From Paludibacteraceae bacterium (GTDB lineage: Bacteria > Bacteroidota > Bacteroidia > Bacteroidales > Paludibacteraceae), in assembly GCA_017938155.1 (NCBI GenBank), contig JAGBCD010000004.1:662-64661 (forward strand): a stretch of 64,000 bases of DNA. The letters are read 5' to 3'. The notes below the pieces were generated by a model that searched no databases, had not been told where the DNA came from, and was given only the letters and a program-made list of their open reading frames with translations. Position numbers and translations under genes: made by a program. This document shows, piece after piece, positions 21,008-30,667 of this stretch; the first letter of the stretch is position 1, and every line of letters begins with the position of its first letter.

Positions 21008-21997
21008 TTACTCTTGGTTGAGTGTAACGCGCTTGAAATCAACAATAGTTACATTGTTTTTCTTTAGCACATCCTTCACAAGTTCTTTGCTTTCGCTCAT
21101 GATATATTGTTGCTCAACGAGAGTAGATTCTTTCAAGAACTTACCAAGACGTCCTTGTGCAATCATTTCTACTTTTTTCTCATTGATTTGAGCTTGAGCT
21201 TCAGCAGGAACATTAGCTCTAATATCACGAGCCAATTGAGCTTGCTCTTCTGTCAACCAACCTTTAGCAGTGTTGCTCGCAATATGATCTTCGCTATCAG
21301 CGTGTGCAGGATTGATACCAGCCTTACGCAATGCGTTCTCAACAGCTTTGTTTACCTCATCTTGTTTGGTTTTCTCGATTGCAACGGCGAGTTCTTTATC
21401 TTTTACCTCTTGTGCTACGTGATCAGCATCAAGTGCGATAGGACTCATAGAAGCGACTTGCATAGAGATACCATGTAGAGTTTCTTGATTAGCGTCAGCT
21501 GAATCAGCAGCAACCAATGAACTGAGTTTGTTACCAAGGTGGTTGTAAGCATCTACTTTAGGAGCAGAAATGAAAACATAATCACTCAATTCCATTTTCT
21601 CACCTGTAACACCAGAACGTTCGGTTACCAAATCTGCGATTGTCAAATCACCTACTTTAATAGCTTTCAAAGCCTCTAAATCAGCAGGCTTCTCTGTCAT
21701 TGCAACATCAAGAATAGTCTTAACTAATGCAACAAAATCAGCGTTCTTAGCCACAAAGTCTGTCTCACATTTAACAGCTACTATTGCACCAAAACCATTT
21801 TCAGCTTTTGCCAATACACATCCTTCAGATGCTTCACGATCGCTACGCTTTGCAGCAATCGCTTGTCCTCTTTTACGCAATAGGTCTTTTGCTACATCAA
21901 AATCACCATTTGCTTCTTCAAGGGCTTTTTTAACATCCATCATACCTGCGCCAGTGATATCGCGCAATTTTTTAATATCAGCTAATGTAACAGCCAT
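21008..21997 (-). CDS. tsf: translation elongation factor Ts
   Basis: N-terminal UBA-like segment LRDITGAGMMDVKKAL; adjacent to rpsB. Confidence 0.95.
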   Translation of the reverse strand: MAVTLADIKKLRDITGAGMMDVKKALEEANGDFDVAKDLLRKRGQAIAAKRSDREASEGCVLAKAENGFGAIVAVKCETDFVAKNADFVALVKTILDVAMTEKPADLEALKAIKVGDLTIADLVTERSGVTGEKMELSDYVFISAPKVDAYNHLGNKLSSLVAADSADANQETLHGISMQVASMSPIALDADHVAQEVKDKELAVAIEKTKQDEVNKAVENALRKAGINPAHADSEDHIASNTAKGWLTEEQAQLARDIRANVPAEAQAQINEKKVEMIAQGRLGKFLKESTLVEQQYIMSESKELVKDVLKKNNVTIVDFKRVTLNQE

Positions 21998-22032
21998 AGT
22001 ATTTTATTCTAAAAAAGTTCGTATTATGTAAA

Positions 22033-22860
22033 TTATTCAGCAGCTTGTTCTGGAGCAACTTCAGCTACTTTCTCAGCCTCAGCTTTAGGAGCAGCTTTTC
22101 TTACTCTTTGACGACGTGGTTGATGCTCTTCAGCAGCATTTTGAGCAGCAGCAGCTTCCTCGTCAGCTTTCTCTATTTTTCTCTCTTCCAAACCTTCCTT
22201 GATTGCCTCGCAAACTGCAGTAAGGATAACCTCAATACTCTTCGTTGCATCGTCGTTTGCTGGAATAACGTAATCAATATTGTTAGGATTAGAGTTTGTA
22301 TCAACGATACCAAATACAGGGATACCTAAGCGGTTAGCCTCAGCCACTGCGATGTGCTCTTTCATTACGTCAACTACAAAGAGTGCACTTGGAAGTCTAG
22401 TCAAATCTTTGATACTACCCAAGTTCTTCTCCAATTTCTCACGTTGACGAGTGATTTGAAGTTTCTCTCTTTTTGATACGTTGTCAAATGTACCATCTGA
22501 CATCATTTTGTCAATGGTAGTCATTTTTTTAACAGCCTTACGAATGGTAGGGAAGTTAGTCAACATACCACCAGCCCAACGCTCGGTGATGTATGGCATT
22601 TCAATTTCTTGTGCTTTAGCAGCTACAACTTCTTGACCTTGTTTTTTAGTAGAAACGAAAAGCACTTTTCTTCCTGACTTAGCAATGTTTTTCAATGCTT
22701 CAGCTGCCTCATCAATTTTGATAGCAGTCTTGTTCAAGTCAATGATGTGAATACCATTACGCTCCATAAAAATGTAAGGAGCCATTGCTGGATTCCATTT
22801 ACGTTTGAGGTGACCAAAGTGGCAACCAGCCTCAAGTAATTGTTCAAAATTTGTTCTCAT
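22033..22860 (-). CDS. rpsB: 30S ribosomal protein S2
   Basis: LLEAGCHFGH and ERWAGGMLTNF motifs; A/E-rich C-terminal tail. Confidence 0.95.
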   Translation of the reverse strand: MRTNFEQLLEAGCHFGHLKRKWNPAMAPYIFMERNGIHIIDLNKTAIKIDEAAEALKNIAKSGRKVLFVSTKKQGQEVVAAKAQEIEMPYITERWAGGMLTNFPTIRKAVKKMTTIDKMMSDGTFDNVSKREKLQITRQREKLEKNLGSIKDLTRLPSALFVVDVMKEHIAVAEANRLGIPVFGIVDTNSNPNNIDYVIPANDDATKSIEVILTAVCEAIKEGLEERKIEKADEEAAAAQNAAEEHQPRRQRVRKAAPKAEAEKVAEVAPEQAAE

Positions 22861-22986
22861 TTTGAAAAAAAATAAATTTAATTGGTTTATACTATTCCTT
22901 CTCTTTTGTTTGAATTTTCAGTTTGCTATTTCCTTATCAAACCGCAAGACTTTTACTCATTAATAGTCTTTTATTCAAACAAAAGA

Positions 22987-23018
22987 TTCCTGCAGTAGGC
23001 GTAAAGCATCTGCAGGAA
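22987..23018 (-). terminator. intrinsic terminator after rpsI
   Basis: ttcctgcag...ctgcaggaa hairpin followed by tcttttgttt on the minus strand. Confidence 0.55.
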
Positions 23019-23025
23019 TTGGAGA

Positions 23026-23412
23026 TTAACGTTTGCTGAATTGGAAATGTTTGCGAGCTTTTGGTTGACCTGGTTTCTTACGTTCAACAACTCTCGCGTC
23101 ACGTGTCATAAAGCCTTCAGCTCTCAAGGCAGCTTTATCTTCTGGATTAATCTTAACGAGAGCTCGTGCGATAGCCAAACGTAAAGCTTCAGCTTGACCT
23201 TTGAAACCGCCACCATCCAAGTTAACACGGATATCATATTTCTCTGCAACGCCTAACTTGTTGAGAGGTTGCTTAACAACATATTGAAGGATGGAGCTTG
23301 GGAAATAAACTTCAAGATCACGTCCATTGATTGTAATCTTGCCAGCACCTTCACTAACGTAAACACGTGCAATTGCAGCTTTACGACGACCTAATGCATT
23401 AATAACTTCCAT
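23026..23412 (-). CDS. rpsI: 30S ribosomal protein S9
   Basis: GGGFKGQAEALRLAIARAL motif; ends PQFSKR-like. Confidence 0.95.
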   Translation of the reverse strand: MEVINALGRRKAAIARVYVSEGAGKITINGRDLEVYFPSSILQYVVKQPLNKLGVAEKYDIRVNLDGGGFKGQAEALRLAIARALVKINPEDKAALRAEGFMTRDARVVERKKPGQPKARKHFQFSKR

Positions 23413-23419
23413 CTTTCAA

Positions 23420-23875
23420 TTATTTAAGAGTGTTAATATCTATTTGTTTTGGTTGTTGAGCTTGCATGTTGTGTTCTGCGCCACCGAATACATACAAGTT
23501 GTTGATAAGTTTACTTCCGAGACGATTCTTTGGCAACATACCTTTGATGACTTTACGCATAAGTCTATCAGCGCCTTTCTCAAGAAGTTGTGCAGGTGTC
23601 AATTCTCTTTGTCCACCTGGGAAACCTGTGTAGCGAACGTAGATACGATCGTTCCATTTGTTACCAGTCATTTTCACCTTGTCAGCATTGATAATGATCA
23701 CATTGTCACCACAATCCACGTTAGGTGTAAAGTTTGGTTTGTACTTTCCACGAAGTAGTTTAGCTACTTTGGAGCACATACGGCCTAAGATTTGGCCTTC
23801 AGCGTCAACAACAACCCACCCTTTTTGAGCAGTTGCTTTGTTCGCTGACACTGTTTTGTAACTTAAAGTGTTCAT
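23420..23875 (-). CDS. rplM: 50S ribosomal protein L13
   Basis: GRMCSKVAKLLRGK and YTGFPGG motifs; precedes rpsI. Confidence 0.95.
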   Translation of the reverse strand: MNTLSYKTVSANKATAQKGWVVVDAEGQILGRMCSKVAKLLRGKYKPNFTPNVDCGDNVIIINADKVKMTGNKWNDRIYVRYTGFPGGQRELTPAQLLEKGADRLMRKVIKGMLPKNRLGSKLINNLYVFGGAEHNMQAQQPKQIDINTLK

Positions 23876-23984
23876 GTAATAAATAAATTTAGACCAAGTC
23901 GACAGACTTCATTTACGGGCTATGCCCCACTGCCCAACTTGGCGGTTCATAATATATTATCGGCTCTCGCGCCGAAAAAGCGTG

Positions 23985-23992
23985 CAAAGGTA
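23985..23992 (-). promoter_or_regulatory. -7 box TACCTTTG for rplM-rpsI
   Basis: The reverse complement of caaaggta matches TAnnTTTG. It implies a ~100-nt leader. Confidence 0.55.
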
Positions 23993-24044
23993 ATAATAAT
24001 TTTCAAAACGTACAAACTTTTTTACACTTTTTGTACTATATCTA

Positions 24045-24737
24045 TCATTTTTTCCTTAAAAGGACAGCATCATCCGGTTTTATCTTCTTGCTTTTTACCG
24101 TATTGAAACTTGCCCAATCCACATCTTTCTTCTCTTTTTTTTCTTCCTTTACCTCTATCAACGAATCTGCCACCACTTGTATCGTATCATTCTTCATCAG
24201 CAAATCACCACTTTCTTGCTCAACTTCTACAGTATCTTGCAAAGGTATCAAATAAGCAATCGGTTCTATTGGTTGGTACCATACCAATGGCAATCCATGA
24301 TGCATCTGTTTCAACACGTCTTCTATTGGAGGCAATACCTTGATTGGCTTCGTTTGAGATGTCAATTGTTCTTTCGTTGCAAGCAATAGAGCAGTATATT
24401 CCGCTTTCTTATCCTCCAAACGTTTCATAACCTTTGGGTATATTTTATTGAACGTTTGTGGATGATGCGTGTACCACACGATGGACGAATCAAATTCTTC
24501 TTGAGTAATCCCCAACTTTTGCATTGTCACCGCATAATACGCACGTTGCTCCTCGTCGTGTCCATAAACCATTCCTGCTTGGTCTATCACCCCGTCGGTC
24601 ATGTGCAATTCATACAACAAGTCCTCCATCTCTTGATTGGACAACACGCCTTTTGGACGGCATCCTACCAAGGAAACAAGTACTGCACTTAGTACTAAGC
24701 AACAGATAACAAATGATTTATAATAATTATTGTTCAT
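24045..24737 (-). CDS. DUF4296-like lipoprotein
   Basis: Lipobox LVGC; MEDLLYELHMTDG motif; conserved position downstream of lspA. Confidence 0.6.
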   Translation of the reverse strand: MNNNYYKSFVICCLVLSAVLVSLVGCRPKGVLSNQEMEDLLYELHMTDGVIDQAGMVYGHDEEQRAYYAVTMQKLGITQEEFDSSIVWYTHHPQTFNKIYPKVMKRLEDKKAEYTALLLATKEQLTSQTKPIKVLPPIEDVLKQMHHGLPLVWYQPIEPIAYLIPLQDTVEVEQESGDLLMKNDTIQVVADSLIEVKEEKKEKKDVDWASFNTVKSKKIKPDDAVLLRKK

Positions 24738-25302
24738 TTTTCTTATTTGACAAACTATTATCCAAGTCCTTTCTATAGAAAAATAGGATTAGAAAAACAG
24801 CCACAGTGATGCAACTATCAGCCAAATTAAAAACTGGTCTAAAAAACAAACATTCTCCAGCGCTATTCGTTATCAAAGGGAAATAAAGCATATCCACTAC
24901 TTTTCCATAGAACCAATCTTCATACCCAAAGAGTTTGCCATAAAAAACACAATCAATGATATTCCCTAAAGCACCAGCGGTAATCAACGCAATTGAAGCC
25001 AGATAGCCTTTTTTTACTATTGGTTGATTAACCAAGCTATGCATATAATATCCCAACAAGCCAACTGCCCCTATACGAAAAAGTGTTAGAAAAAGTTTAT
25101 CAAACCATTCGATACCAAAGGCCATTCCATTATTTTCCACAAAACACAAGTAAAAGAATGGGAGTATTTCATGCGACTCACCCAAATAAAAATGTGTGCG
25201 GATATACAACTTAAGGGCTTGATCCAATAGCAAGGCTACCAAAACGATTCCTGTTACCAAAATAATGCGCTGACTCTTAGGTTTCATATATTCAAAGTTC
25301 AA
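24727..25302 (-). CDS. lspA: lipoprotein signal peptidase II
   Basis: NNGMAFG and GALGNIIDC motifs; four TM helices. Confidence 0.9.
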   Translation of the reverse strand: MNFEYMKPKSQRIILVTGIVLVALLLDQALKLYIRTHFYLGESHEILPFFYLCFVENNGMAFGIEWFDKLFLTLFRIGAVGLLGYYMHSLVNQPIVKKGYLASIALITAGALGNIIDCVFYGKLFGYEDWFYGKVVDMLYFPLITNSAGECLFFRPVFNLADSCITVAVFLILFFYRKDLDNSLSNKKNEQ

Positions 25303-26548
25303 ATGCTTGTTTTATTTGTTCCACCTTATCCAATTTCTCCCATGTAAACAATTCTACCTGTTTATGTATCATCTTACCATTTTCTCCAACGAATTGCTTA
25401 TTTACCCAATGTGGTTTTCTTCCCATATGTCCATACGATGCTGTCTCAGTGTAAATAGGTTGACGCAATTTCAAATCTCTTTCAATTGCTCCTGGTCTTA
25501 AATCAAACAGTCTAAGCACTTTCTTTGCGATGGCTGCATCTTTGATACATTTACCATTTTTGTCTTTCAGTTTACATGTGCCATAGGTATCCACACACAA
25601 ACTCACAGGTTGTGCCACTCCGATTGCATAACTTATCTGAACCAGTATTTGATCAGCCACTCCCGCAGCCACCAAATTTTTCGCTATCCATCGAGCCGCA
25701 TATGCTGCCGAGCGATCCACTTTAGATGGGTCTTTGCCAGAGAAAGCACCTCCACCATGAGCACCCCTTCCTCCGTAAGTATCAACGATTATTTTCCTAC
25801 CCGTCAAACCAGTATCTCCATGAGGTCCTCCGATCACGAAATTACCTGTTGGGTTTACCAATAATTTGAAATCACCATGCAACAGGTCTTCATATCGTTT
25901 ATCACGAGTTGCCACACGCGGCAGTAGAATATTAACAACATCCTCACGTATCTGCTCTTGCGTCACATTAGGATCATGTTGCGTAGATAAGACTATTGTA
26001 TCAATGCGTAATGGAATACCCGATTCACTATATTCAATCGTCACTTGACTCTTAGAATCTGGTCTCAAATAAAGCATCTGTTTGCCTTCCTTACGTATTT
26101 GCGCAAGTGTATATACCAATGTATGAGCCATATCCAATGTGAGTGGCATGTAATTTTCAGTTTCATTCGTTGCATACCCAAACATCATGCCTTGATCTCC
26201 TGCACCTTGATTGAGTTTGCCCTTGCGACTCACTCCTTGGTTGATATCTTCTGATTGTTCATGAATAGCGGTCAATATACCACAACTGGCAGCATCAAAC
26301 TTATATTCGGCTTTGTTATAACCAATATGCTCAATTTGTTCACGAACTACATGTTGAACATCCACGTACGCTTTGCTTCTTACTTCTCCCGCTACGACCA
26401 CTTGTCCTGTGGTTACTAATGTTTCGCATGCAACATGGCTATTTGGATCCACCGCCAAGAGGTTATCCAAGATTGCGTCAGATATTTGATCAGCCACTTT
26501 ATCAGGATGTCCTTCACTAACACTTTCTGATGTAAATAAATAATTCAT
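25292..26548 (-). CDS. metK: S-adenosylmethionine synthetase
   Basis: [30 protein letters not shown] and [19 protein letters not shown] motifs. Confidence 0.96.
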   Translation of the reverse strand: MNYLFTSESVSEGHPDKVADQISDAILDNLLAVDPNSHVACETLVTTGQVVVAGEVRSKAYVDVQHVVREQIEHIGYNKAEYKFDAASCGILTAIHEQSEDINQGVSRKGKLNQGAGDQGMMFGYATNETENYMPLTLDMAHTLVYTLAQIRKEGKQMLYLRPDSKSQVTIEYSESGIPLRIDTIVLSTQHDPNVTQEQIREDVVNILLPRVATRDKRYEDLLHGDFKLLVNPTGNFVIGGPHGDTGLTGRKIIVDTYGGRGAHGGGAFSGKDPSKVDRSAAYAARWIAKNLVAAGVADQILVQISYAIGVAQPVSLCVDTYGTCKLKDKNGKCIKDAAIAKKVLRLFDLRPGAIERDLKLRQPIYTETASYGHMGRKPHWVNKQFVGENGKMIHKQVELFTWEKLDKVEQIKQAFEL

Positions 26549-26586
26549 ATTAATATTATATAAATGTGTTCCTTAAAAATCAAGAT

Positions 26587-26623
26587 AAAAAAAACCACAA
26601 ACGACTGTTTTTAAGTCTTGTGG
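26587..26623 (-). terminator. leader (attenuator) terminator inside the metK 5' UTR
   Basis: Minus-strand ccacaagac-ttaaaaaca-gtcgtttgtgg followed by T8. It lies between the promoter box and the metK ATG. Confidence 0.65.
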
Positions 26624-26686
26624 CACAAGTTTTTAGCATTCTTTTATAGAGGTCGCAAGCAGTCAAATTTATCCTCTTTTTGAAAT
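26624..26686 (-). promoter_or_regulatory. candidate SAM-responsive riboswitch aptamer (SAM-II-like sequence features)
   Basis: Leader RNA reads CCGAUUUCAAAAAGAGGAUAAAUUUGACUGCUUGCGACCUCUAUAAAAGAAUGCUAAAAAC. It has an AGAGG/CCUCU stem, a GCUUG in the loop and a GCUAAAAA tail. From memory these resemble SAM-II conserved positions; no covariance-model search was run. Confidence 0.35.
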
Positions 26687-26693
26687 CGGTGTG

Positions 26694-26701
26694 CAAAAGT
26701 A
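26694..26701 (-). promoter_or_regulatory. -7 box TACTTTTG for metK
   Basis: The reverse complement of caaaagta matches TAnnTTTG. Confidence 0.5.
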
Positions 26702-26745
26702 ATACAATTTTTGCACATATCCAAATTTAGTTCATCAATATATAA

Positions 26746-27792
26746 CTAATTCAGTATTTTGAACAGTAACTCTTTCCACAAGTCTGCATCTTTGGCACTT
26801 GGGTTATTTATTCCTTTTAGTTTGGCATCTGTCTCTCTAAAGTATCGAATGATGAACAACGTTTTACTCGCATTAAATCTTCTTGCAGCTAACTCGTAGT
26901 TTTTTATTGCATTATCCCTTTCACCTAATTTGGTTGCCACCTCGTGTATATTGGACTTATTCGGCAAGTAATGGTATAGCATAAGGTTGGCAAAGAAATT
27001 GAATAGTATAATCATCTCTTTAACCATTGGATGATCTTTGGAACTAGCAAAATATTTAGCGATGCGATACGCCTTGAGGGCATCCCCTTGAATGAGGGCA
27101 TCCCGCAACTCAAAGACATTATAATCTTTGCTAATGCCCACATTACGTTCTACAAGTGTTGCATCAATAGTAGTCACATTCTCTGGACAACCTTCCAAAA
27201 GTTTATGGACAGCACTTGTTATTTGTGCAAGGTCATTGCCTATATTATCTACAAGCATATCAGGCACATTGGGTGCTATACCCTTGTTTAAATTGAGTTT
27301 TTTGAGATAGTTCTGCATATAGTTTTTCACCCATGCAGACACTTCCCACGCAGGAAGATGTTCACACACACAAAAGGCCACTTGAGGATACTTGGCATCT
27401 TTGCATTTTTTGAACACAGATAGACGTGCATCTGGTTTGCTATACTTATAGCACAGCACCAAGATGGTAGAGGGCATCATGTTGTCCAAATAGGCAGTTA
27501 GAGCGTCCCATTTTTTAATATTTTGAGCTTCTCGCACAATAATCACTTTGTGCGTTCCCATCATAGGAAAGCCTCGAGCATCGCTGATTACGGGTGAGAT
27601 ATCTGCTCCAGGTAAATCTTTTCCATAGACTATTGTTTGGTCAAACACTTTGGCAGTTTCATCCAAAACATTTTCCTCTATTCGTTTCGCTATCAAGTCT
27701 ATAAAATAGGTCTCAATTCCCGACAAGAGATACACGCCCACATATTGTTGGGCTGACAAATCTTGCAATATCTCTTTGTAAGTACGCTGCAT
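26746..27792 (-). CDS. holA: DNA polymerase III delta subunit
   Basis: Length 348 aa; N-terminal YLLSGIETYFID pattern and a C-terminal helical domain typical of HolA. Confidence 0.8.
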   Translation of the reverse strand: MQRTYKEILQDLSAQQYVGVYLLSGIETYFIDLIAKRIEENVLDETAKVFDQTIVYGKDLPGADISPVISDARGFPMMGTHKVIIVREAQNIKKWDALTAYLDNMMPSTILVLCYKYSKPDARLSVFKKCKDAKYPQVAFCVCEHLPAWEVSAWVKNYMQNYLKKLNLNKGIAPNVPDMLVDNIGNDLAQITSAVHKLLEGCPENVTTIDATLVERNVGISKDYNVFELRDALIQGDALKAYRIAKYFASSKDHPMVKEMIILFNFFANLMLYHYLPNKSNIHEVATKLGERDNAIKNYELAARRFNASKTLFIIRYFRETDAKLKGINNPSAKDADLWKELLFKILN

Positions 27793-27841
27793 ATATAGAT
27801 ATTCACATCGTTATTGATTATGTCCTTATGACCTGAAGGTG

Positions 27842-27849
27842 CAAAGTTA
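27842..27849 (-). promoter_or_regulatory. -7 box TAACTTTG for holA
   Basis: The reverse complement of caaagtta matches TAnnTTTG, 50 nt upstream of the ATG. Confidence 0.5.
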
Positions 27850-27880
27850 CACAAAATTTGCGAATATACAAAAAAATCAG

Positions 27881-27888
27881 TACCTTTG
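27881..27888 (+). promoter_or_regulatory. -7 box TACCTTTG for prfB
   Basis: Matches TAnnTTTG, 27 nt upstream of the ATG at 27915. Confidence 0.55.
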
Positions 27889-27914
27889 CGACGTTTTTTA
27901 GTTGCTATTATATT

Positions 27915-29021
27915 ATGATTACATTGGAACAGCTCAAAGAGCTTCAGTTGCGTGCTGATAAGCTTCGACAATATTTGGCTATAGATGAGAAACGAATACA
28001 ATTGGAGGAAGAAGAACTTCGCACGCAGTCACCCGAGTTTTGGAACGATGCCAAATCTGCGGAAGCGCAGATGCGCAAGGTCAAAGGGTTGAAACGTTGG
28101 ATTGATGGTTACGAAGGGGTTCGCTCGTCTGTGGATGAGTTGCAATTGGCTTTTGACTATTTCAAAGAAGAATTGGTAAGCGAAGAGGAGGTTGACCAAG
28201 CATACAATCATGCATTGTCTGAGGTAGAATCTTTGGAAATGAAAAACATGTTGTCTCACGAAGAGGACCAAATGCCTGCGGTATTGAAGATTGTATCAGG
28301 TGCGGGAGGCACCGAAGCGCAAGACTGGGCAGAGCAACTGATGCGTATGTATCTGCGTTATTGCGAAAAACACGATTACAAAACAACGATAGCCAACCTA
28401 CAAGAGGGAGACGAAGCGGGCATTAAGACTGTTACCTTCAACATTGAAGGAGATATGGCTTATGGTTATTTAAAGAGCGAAAACGGAGTACATCGTTTGG
28501 TACGCGTTAGTCCATATAACGCGCAAGGCAAACGTATGACATCGTTCGCATCGGTATTTGTTGTTCCATTGATTGATGACAGTATTGATATTCACGTTGA
28601 CCCTTCTGCTATTTCATGGGACACTTTCCGTTCATCTGGCGCAGGTGGACAAAATGTCAACAAAGTAGAATCTGGTGTTCGTTTGCATTATAAGTTCATC
28701 AATCCATTGACCAACCAACCCGACGAGATTGTCATTGAGAACACGGAGACACGCGACCAACCTAAAAACCGCGAGAATGCACTTCGCCACCTGCGCAGTC
28801 AGCTCTATGAATTGGAATTAGAAAAACGCCGTCAAGCCGCAGCCAAAGTAGAGGCTGGCAAGAAGAAAATCGAATGGGGAAGCCAAATTCGTTCATACGT
28901 GTTTGACGACCGACGCGTCAAAGATCACCGAACTAATTATCAAACCAGCAATGTCAACGCTGTTATGGACGGAGACATTGACGAGTTTATCAAAGCATAC
29001 TTGATGGAGTTTCCAGATTGA
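27915..29021 (+). CDS. prfB: peptide chain release factor 2, encoded in a single frame (no +1 frameshift site)
   Basis: GGQ motif SGAGGQNVNKVES; RF2-type LVRVSPY tripeptide region; 368 aa from MITLEQLKEL. Confidence 0.93.
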   Translation: MITLEQLKELQLRADKLRQYLAIDEKRIQLEEEELRTQSPEFWNDAKSAEAQMRKVKGLKRWIDGYEGVRSSVDELQLAFDYFKEELVSEEEVDQAYNHALSEVESLEMKNMLSHEEDQMPAVLKIVSGAGGTEAQDWAEQLMRMYLRYCEKHDYKTTIANLQEGDEAGIKTVTFNIEGDMAYGYLKSENGVHRLVRVSPYNAQGKRMTSFASVFVVPLIDDSIDIHVDPSAISWDTFRSSGAGGQNVNKVESGVRLHYKFINPLTNQPDEIVIENTETRDQPKNRENALRHLRSQLYELELEKRRQAAAKVEAGKKKIEWGSQIRSYVFDDRRVKDHRTNYQTSNVNAVMDGDIDEFIKAYLMEFPD

Positions 29022-29157
29022 TAAAATCCACTTCTTGGGTTTGATATGCTCCATATCGTGCTTGGTTCCATACAGGATACAAAGACTACTCAAGATAAAA
29101 TGAACAGGACGTATATTTTAACAAAACGCCTTAGTCTTATCACTTACATATCACGTT

Positions 29158-29194
29158 GAGGTTGTGCCGCCGCACAACCTCATTTGTTTTTTTT
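29158..29194 (+). terminator. intrinsic terminator downstream of prfB
   Basis: gaggttgtgc-cgcc-gcacaacctc hairpin followed by atttgtttttttt. Confidence 0.75.
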
Positions 29195-29406
29195 GCGAAT
29201 TTCCACAGGCACATAGCACCATTTTCCAGACAATTGCGCAGCTTCCTTATTCCCAAATCTTGACCTAAGCGTTTGCATATTTCAAAAAAACATTGTACCT
29301 TTACAACCGAAAACATAATGAACTTTAAAACATTTTTATGCAACATTAGAATTATTTGTATTTTAGTGTAATCTTCTATTTTATATAAATGTATAACTAT
29401 CTAATC

Positions 29407-30579
29407 ATGAAAATCAATCGTTTATTTTTGGGCATAGTAGCCTGTGCGCTATTATTAACCAGCTGCACTTCTCCACTTGAGAAACGCACCAATGAAGCAA
29501 TCATGCAAGTAATGAACGACTTTCAAGTTGTAGGTATATCCGCTGCTGTAGTCAAAGATGGACAAATTGTTTACAATCAATCATTTGGTTACAAAGACCT
29601 TGAAAGCAAGACTCCCCTTGCCAACAATCACATGATGCGCATCGCTTCTATCTCGAAATCTTTCACAGCCACCTCGCTAATGCAATTTGTGGACAGAGGC
29701 ATCCTCTCGTTGGATGATGATATTAGCGACCTCATTGGGTTTACTATTCGCAATCCCCATCACCCTGACACTCCCATTACACTTCGCATGGTGCTCTCAC
29801 ACACTGCCAGTTTCCGTGACCCAGAGAACTATTCTACCATCGACCATCTCAACCCTGCTATATCAGGCGATTGCATGGCTACCTACTATGAGTATGCTCC
29901 AGGAGAAGGATACAACTATTCCAATTTAGGACTTAATCTTGCAGGAGCTATACTTGAAAAGATTTCAGGTGTACGATTTGATAACTATGTTAGAGATAGT
30001 ATCATTCTTCGACTTGGACTAAACGGAGGACACAACATTGATTCATTGGACAACGACCTCTTTGCGCAAATATATCGTCCAAGAGAGGGAGAATACAAAA
30101 AATCCAATGCTTATAGTAGCGTATCTCACCGCATGGAGGACTATGTAATGGGCTACTCTGCGCCTATTTTCTCACCTACAGGAGGTGTCAAAATATCTGC
30201 ACACGACTTGGCACAATACATGATTATGCATATGAATTATGGAGAAAGCAATGGTGTACGCATCATTTCCGAGCAAAGTGCCAAAACGATGCAAACACCC
30301 GTTTGGTATATTCAAAACATTCACGAATGGGAAGATCAATACGGATTGTGTCTCAAAGAATTTGTTGACTACATCAATGATGACAAATACAATGCATCTG
30401 GACAATACCCTATCGGTCACACAGGAAGTGCATACGGATTAAGAAGCATCATGATATGGAGTCCACAAGACCAATGGGGCATAGTAGCTATGACCAATGG
30501 ATATACAGAGGTAGAAGGACAAGACTTCCTCAAAACTTTAACCAATCAGATTTATAAAGCAAGCATAGCTGTTCAATGA
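29407..30579 (+). CDS. serine hydrolase of the beta-lactamase / PBP4*-like family, lipoprotein
   Basis: Lipobox LLTSC; SxxK motif SISKSF; YSN motif; HTGSAYG near the C-terminus. Confidence 0.8.
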   Translation: MKINRLFLGIVACALLLTSCTSPLEKRTNEAIMQVMNDFQVVGISAAVVKDGQIVYNQSFGYKDLESKTPLANNHMMRIASISKSFTATSLMQFVDRGILSLDDDISDLIGFTIRNPHHPDTPITLRMVLSHTASFRDPENYSTIDHLNPAISGDCMATYYEYAPGEGYNYSNLGLNLAGAILEKISGVRFDNYVRDSIILRLGLNGGHNIDSLDNDLFAQIYRPREGEYKKSNAYSSVSHRMEDYVMGYSAPIFSPTGGVKISAHDLAQYMIMHMNYGESNGVRIISEQSAKTMQTPVWYIQNIHEWEDQYGLCLKEFVDYINDDKYNASGQYPIGHTGSAYGLRSIMIWSPQDQWGIVAMTNGYTEVEGQDFLKTLTNQIYKASIAVQ

Positions 30580-30667
30580 TCAATCCTCAATGATAGCATA
30601 CAATACTCCGTTATTCACTTTTCACACATGCTATCTAACAATCGGAAACAAACTAAATAATAAATAT

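Noticed and set aside
28509-28517. The RF2 stop-codon recognition tripeptide reads SPY rather than the textbook SPF.
   Set aside because: This is a conservative F-to-Y change. Without an alignment of Bacteroidota RF2 proteins I cannot tell whether it is simply the lineage norm, so it is not strong enough to list as a finding.
27858-29021. A programmed +1 frameshift in prfB, and the 19-codon N-terminal extension in the track ORF.
   Set aside because: The complete RF2 sequence, from MITLEQLKEL through GGQ to the C-terminus, is in one frame, and there is no early in-frame UGA. The upstream extension starts at a non-ATG codon inside the promoter region.
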